Assembly (NCBI RefSeq): GCF_000315625.1
Contig: NW_005434632.1
Coordinates: forward strand, 525,122-589,121
Length of the DNA stretch: 64,000 bases
From: Guillardia theta CCMP2712
Lineage: Eukaryota > Protista > Cryptophyta
Direction of reading: 5' to 3'
The translations under genes were made by a program, and so were the position numbers. Shown in pieces: positions 58,901 to 64,000 of this stretch. How positions within the stretch are numbered: the first letter of the stretch is position 1; each line of letters starts with the position of its first letter. The notes below the pieces were generated by a model, which did no database searches, was not told the DNA's origin, and saw only the letters and a list, made by a program, of their open reading frames with translations.

Positions 58901-59620
58901 GCGGACACGAGCTGACTTTGTTCACTCTTCGGGATCTCATGCTGCTAGCTCAGGTAGGCATCTGCTGCTCCTGCTGCTCCTGCTGCTTCCTCTCCGTCCT
59001 CTTGATCTATCCATCTTCTCCATCCTCTTTTCTCCTTCAAGTCATCTTTTGTTCATTTTCTTTTCCATCGCTCACAGGCTGACAGGCTGACGCGCTTGTC
59101 GGTCACTTCTCCTCCAACCTCTCACGGTCTGTACCTTCGCTCTCCCCCTTCTCTCTTCTGCTTTCTCACATTCTTCGCTCAGTCTCGCGTTTCTTCGATC
59201 TCTAGCTCATCATGGTCGCCCGGTCCCATACGCGTCGGTCGACGGGCCATGGCACGGTAGGACTGAGGAGCGTCAGATGCTGACCTGCCTCCTCCAGGTG
59301 CTTTCACTGGCGCATGTGCTGTAGAGTCTCCGCCTCCTTCCCCTTCTCCTCCGTCTGCTGAGCCTCATCACCTTCTGTCCCTCATCCCATCCCTGCCCTG
59401 TCCCTTCTCTGCCCCTCCTACCGCTCCTCCTACCGCTCCTCCTACCGCTCCTCCTACCGCTCCTCCTACCGCTCCTCCTACCGCTCCTCCTTCTTACCCC
59501 TCCAACCTTCTTTTCTCCTCTCTCCTCTCCCAGCTTTTTAACAGTTTCGGTGCTGAATGTCAGCTAAATCTCCTTGACGATGACGTGGCACTGAAGGGTT
59601 TATCTCGACTGCCAACTTGT
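53819..59620 (+). CDS. GT23 alpha-1,6-fucosyltransferase (FUT8/NodZ)-like protein with signal peptide and EGF-like module; ends approximate, 5' part could be a separate gene
   Basis: MHLLRLLLPALLCVRLSSA leader; CSKHCINGYC..CICDPDWIGHDC (EGF-like); IIGLHVRRGDSC, VFVATDD, ADALVGHFSSNLSRLA, YASVDGPW. Confidence 0.7.
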
Positions 59621-59691
59621 ATGTACACACCCTGCTCCCCTCCCCTTCCTCCCTCGCCCTTATCGCTTTCTCCTCCTCCCTGCAAGTTCAG

Positions 59692-62411
59692 TCACAGACG
59701 ACCTGCGCCTCCTCCTCTGCTTGTCCTAGCCTTCTCACCTTTTCCATTCCTCTTTCCCTTCCCCAGCTTCGCCTCGAATTGCTGTTGCGCCAGGAAGGAC
59801 TCGATCGACTGCTTGCTCGTCACATCTTTTGCACCAAGGGAGGCTTTGCTCGTCACCTTTGCTCGCTCGTCTCGTAGCTCTCGCTGCTTTCTCAGCTGCT
59901 CTGTCCTCTGCGCGTCCAGGAACATGTTGTCCTTTCGCAGCTCCTGTAGCGGGAGGGATTAGGAGAGGATGTAGCGGGTCAAGTGGCAGAGGGGATGGGA
60001 CAGAAGAGAGAAGGAGAGAAGGAGAGAAGGAGAGAAGGAGAGGAGAGAGGAGCTAATCAAGAGGAATGGAGGGCAGACAAGGACAAGGCCAAGGTAAGAT
60101 GAAGGAGATGAGGCACTCGACGAGGAAAAAAAAGACAGAGGGGGCTGGAGGAGGCAGGCAGGGCGAGAATGAGAAGATCACCCGGACTGCTCCCTTGAAC
60201 TCTCGCTTGACGATTCTTCGCATCTTCCTCTTCTCTGCTCGCTCCCTGCGCTCTTACTTAGTCTTGCCCTTCTCTCACATTGCACTCTCCTCCCTTCAAC
60301 TCTCCTCGCCTTCCTCTCCCGCTCTCTCCCCCTCGTTCTCCTCCCCCTCCTTCCCCTTCTCTCAACGCCACCTGTCAGGATCAAAGTCTGCATCCGGAGC
60401 GAAGGATTCTTCGAATCTCGGGTTGTACTGCGCGATAGCAGCAGGAGGAGCAGCAGCGTAGAGGCGGAGGGGCAGGTAGCCTCCTGTTACCGGGTCCTGA
60501 CAACGTGCAATCACATGTCTGAAGAGAGAGGAGGAGGGAGAACAGCACAGAGATGATCGAGATTGTGAAGGCGCAAGACAAGTAGGGTGTAGAAAGGAGG
60601 GGAACCAAAGAGCGAGGGGGAAGAGGTGGGGTGGGGGTGGGGAAGTAACCTTGGCATAGTCGGCTGCTTTCTTAAGAGCTTGACGGAGGTCGAAGAGGGC
60701 AAGGAGCACGGGATTAGAAGTGTGCGAGTCCTTCGCCTCGCTGGAGATGACGAAGTGCGAGAGGGAAACAGATTGACGTTTGTTGCTTCCAAGTTTTCTC
60801 CCTAAACCCGAATAGTACAAGACTGGGAGGAAAACGGGAGAATAAGAGAATAAACGAGAAAAAGTGGAGAGAAGAACAAGACAGCCACCAGAGAAAAACA
60901 AGACCATCAACATGGTTTGTTACAAGACACAGACTCACTGTTTGCAACTTCAAATAGAGGTTGCAGCATTGCGACAACCCCTTCCGAACATTTTCCAGTC
61001 CCTGTTGGAAACCAAATGATGATAAGACAGGAAGACACAATAGCAAGCAAGGACGAGAAAGTGGAGAAAGGGAAGAGAAGAATGATGAGCAAGTGGGAAA
61101 ATCAAAGCCAAAGGGTGTAGGGAAGAGTGGTCAGACCGTTGACAGTGTCGAAGGCAGTTCCTGCAGCAGAGTAAGAAGGAGTATGAAGGAAAACAAGGAG
61201 AAGGATGGAGACAGAAATATTCTCACCCGCAAGTCTGCAGCCTCTGACTACTGAAGTGGCAACTTTGAGAGCAGAGACAAGCACGCTTGCCTTCATGCTC
61301 TCTTCGACTTGACCCCGCAGCAGCATCCTCATCTTCAGCATCCCCTCGTTCTTTACGTTGGCGTGCATGTCTGTCGAGTATAGAAGCCCATCTCTCCTTC
61401 CCTCCCTTCCTCCTTCTCTGGAGTCAAAGAGATGCCACTGGGCCAGCAGGGCCCCGGCTGGGCTCAAGCGAGGAATCGCCTCCTGAGCGTGGGCTGGGAG
61501 GCTCTCACAAAGAATGGCGGCGACGGAGGAGATAAGCTCAGGCGCAACGCGCTTGCCCTCCACGCACGCGCTGACAAGGATGCTTGCAACGAAGAGAGCT
61601 TTGCCGAGGTCTGCCAGCGACAACACAGGGGCGCAGGACAGGAGCTGCGAGAGCAGGAGCATGTAAGGGGTACTGACAGGGTGCGAAAGATCGGAGCAAG
61701 GGAACAGCGTCTGGGTCGCCTTGAGCAGCAGCAGTTCGCCTCCTGTCGGCCACTGCGGGCCGGAAGGGTCAGAGAGGCCATGGGCGAGTGTCTGCTGGAG
61801 GTCAAGGAGCTGCGACTTGAACTGACTCGCCGCATACCCCGGCATCGCCTGCGTCAGCTGAAACAGACCCCAGCTGACAGCGTCCACGTCCTGGTTGTCT
61901 GGCTCGGCGCCGTCACGATCAGGAATGAGGAGGAGGCGCTGCATGAGCATGCCATAGAGACGCTCGAGAGCATCGCGGTTGGAGGAGGCGACGGCGACGG
62001 CATGGCAGGCGACCAGGCGCTCAAGGATCAGCTTCTGGTTCTCCAGCGAGTGCCCGGAGAGGAGAGCATTGAGACCCGTCACGTCCTCAGGCATGGCGAA
62101 GGTGTAGGGAATCTCCTCTGCCGCTGCCCTCTGCCTCTTCTCTCTCTCCTCCTTGGAGAGCACGACATCGCGATGTTTGCCAACGGTCACAGCAGCATGT
62201 TGCAGCTTGCCTCTCTTGCTCTCAAGGTGCTCCTCCTCGCTCTCAGAGACCACATCCTGCTGTACTTGACCCTCCTCCGACTGCTCATCCTGCGATCAAG
62301 ACATGAGCGATAACAGTACAATCTGACAGCTGCTTTACCTCATCATCGTCATCATCGCCATCTTCTTCTTCCTCTTGTGCTGTCTGCTCCTCATCCGCTT
62401 CACTGCCACCA

Positions 62412-62482
<71 letters not shown>

Positions 62483-63694
62483 TTCCTCTTCTTCACTCTC
62501 ATCGATTTCTTTTCCAGATACCTCCTCCCCTCGCCTCAGAATTCCAGCAGCAGCAAAGTCTCCCCGTTTCAGCTTGGTATGTTTTCCATCCAGGGGCATG
62601 AAGTCGTCCTCTAGCGCATCTCCAGACCTCTCCTTAGCTTCGTTCTCGAACCGCACCCTTCGCTTCTTGAAGCCCTTCAGCCCCCCTCCTTCCTCGTCCT
62701 CGTCACTGAAATCTCCTTGCATTCTCCGCATGCGAGCTTTTTCAGCAAGCAGGAGCGCGTCATGCTTCTCTTTCGCCATCTCCTCGGGAGTTTTGAGTCG
62801 GTCAGCTGCTTGCGCTTTCATGTCATCTGCAAGCTCGCGAGCCAACTGGTCGAACTCGTCCTCCTCCTTTTGCTCAGTGTCTTCCTCCTCCTCTCCCTGC
62901 TGCTGCTTCAACTTTTCATCCTTTCGTGTCGGCCTCTTTTTGGCTTCGAGGAAGGAAGAGATATCTTTGAACTCTTCGTTCAAGCGCTCCAATAGTTCTT
63001 CCTTCTCTGCTTTCTCCCTTTTCTTTTCTGCCTTGTACGCTTTGCTCTTTGCAATGATTTCCTCCATGATCTCCTTCTTTGATTTTTGTTTTTCCTCCTC
63101 TTCCTCTCCTTCCCTCCCTTTCTTTGCCACGAACCCGCCAAAGTGATACTTGTCAAGGTCGTTCTTGCTTTCTTCGTCGTCCGAGATCTCTTCATGCTCG
63201 AAATCTTCCACTTCTCCCAGTCTCATCCCACCATGAGTAAGAACATCTTCCTCTTCATCGTCATCCAAAGCCATTCCTCGCCGAGCTCGGGCCATTCGCT
63301 CTCTCTGAAATCTCAACAATGCCTTGTCTTCCTCAGTCAAATCTTCGCCCTCACCAAAGCGTCGATCGAGGAATAGGTTTCCTCTTGCGCCATCTTTCAG
63401 CTCTACACCGAGAGTTCGTTTCCTCCTATCCCATGCTTCTGATCGTCCCTTGCTCAAGCTTTTCCCTTCCCCCTTTCGCTTCCTCCCCAGCACCGAGATC
63501 TTCTCCTTGACGATTTTTCGTTCGAATGGGTTGACACTGACAGAACTAGCTCCTCCAGACGGAGCACCTGCTTTCGCTTGTCCTACTCCTCCACTAAAAT
63601 TGTTTCCTACACGCCTTTTTCCTCCTCCCCTCCCTTTCCCTCCTCCTCCTCCTCCTCCTTTGCCTTTCCTTCCCTTTCGCATCGCTTTCACCAT
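59692..63694 (-). CDS. NOP14: Nucleolar protein 14 (SSU processome), multi-exon
   Basis: NPFE..FLDRRFGE..LLRFQRER, LTHGG, KSKKEIMEEIIAKSK, DRLKTPEE, EIPYTFAMP, SDLSHPVSTP, YNPRFEE, REFKGAVRELRKDN. Confidence 0.93.
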
Positions 63695-63928
63695 GACAAG
63701 GGCACGTGCGACATATGAGCCCTCATCCCCACTATATACCAGGCCCGGGTTCCTCGTCCTTCCGGTCCAGCTGCTTCCGGTCACCTTCCGGCGGCCTGCA
63801 CTCAACAGATCCGATCCGGGATGAGTCGTGGTGGGGCACGAGAGGGGATGTGGCCAAATTTGGCGCCGACATGCAGCTGAAAGTACCTGAAGACCCAGCG
63901 ATACGAGAGCAAGGAAGACAGGCGAGTG

Positions 63929-64000
63929 AGGAGAGGAGAGGAGAGGAGAGGAGAGGAGAGGAGAGGAGAGGAGAGGAGGGGAGGGGAGGGGAGGGGAGAG
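63929..64000 (+). repeat. (GGAGA)n/(GGGGA)n microsatellite
   Basis: Visible. Confidence 0.9.

Noticed and set aside
61432-63824. Long plus-strand ORFs opposite NOP14 (likewise opposite SMC2, RPLP0 and the GT41 gene)
   Set aside because: Antisense shadows of GC-rich coding exons.

Overview
Eukaryotic nuclear DNA with many introns (mostly 40-100 nt, many stuffed with microsatellites), tightly packed genes and two 100-N gaps. Bipartite signal+transit leaders, a tandem Zn2Cys6 factor and the intergenic sequence style suggest a cryptophyte alga (Hanusia/Guillardia-like); this is inference. Most ORF-track entries are low-complexity artefacts, so I assembled about 20 genes by hand and exon boundaries are approximate. 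Recognisable genes: TPR O-GlcNAc transferase (GT41), RPLP0, plastid M41-like metalloprotease, SMC2, fibrillin, GT14 xylosyltransferase-like, glomulin/ALF4-like, double Zn2Cys6 factor, PDZ protein, CGFS glutaredoxin-BolA2 fusion, DDX51, PKA-like pseudokinase, GT23 fucosyltransferase-like and NOP14. Three genes are missing from the ORF track: a LOV-derived PAS protein at the left edge and two spliced microproteins. The most interesting observations are: (1) a LOV domain whose flavin-binding residues are replaced by cysteines; (2) two unrelated, normally cytosolic proteins that share a signal peptide + RLRGG (ubiquitin-tail-like) leader ending near residue 63-65; (3) a natural GLRX3-type/BOLA2-type fusion; (4) two recurring classes of motif-dense intergenic domain (ACCCC-rich and CCGG/GGCC-rich) lying mainly upstream of genes. 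I found no RNA genes, CRISPR arrays or transposase/RT sequences.
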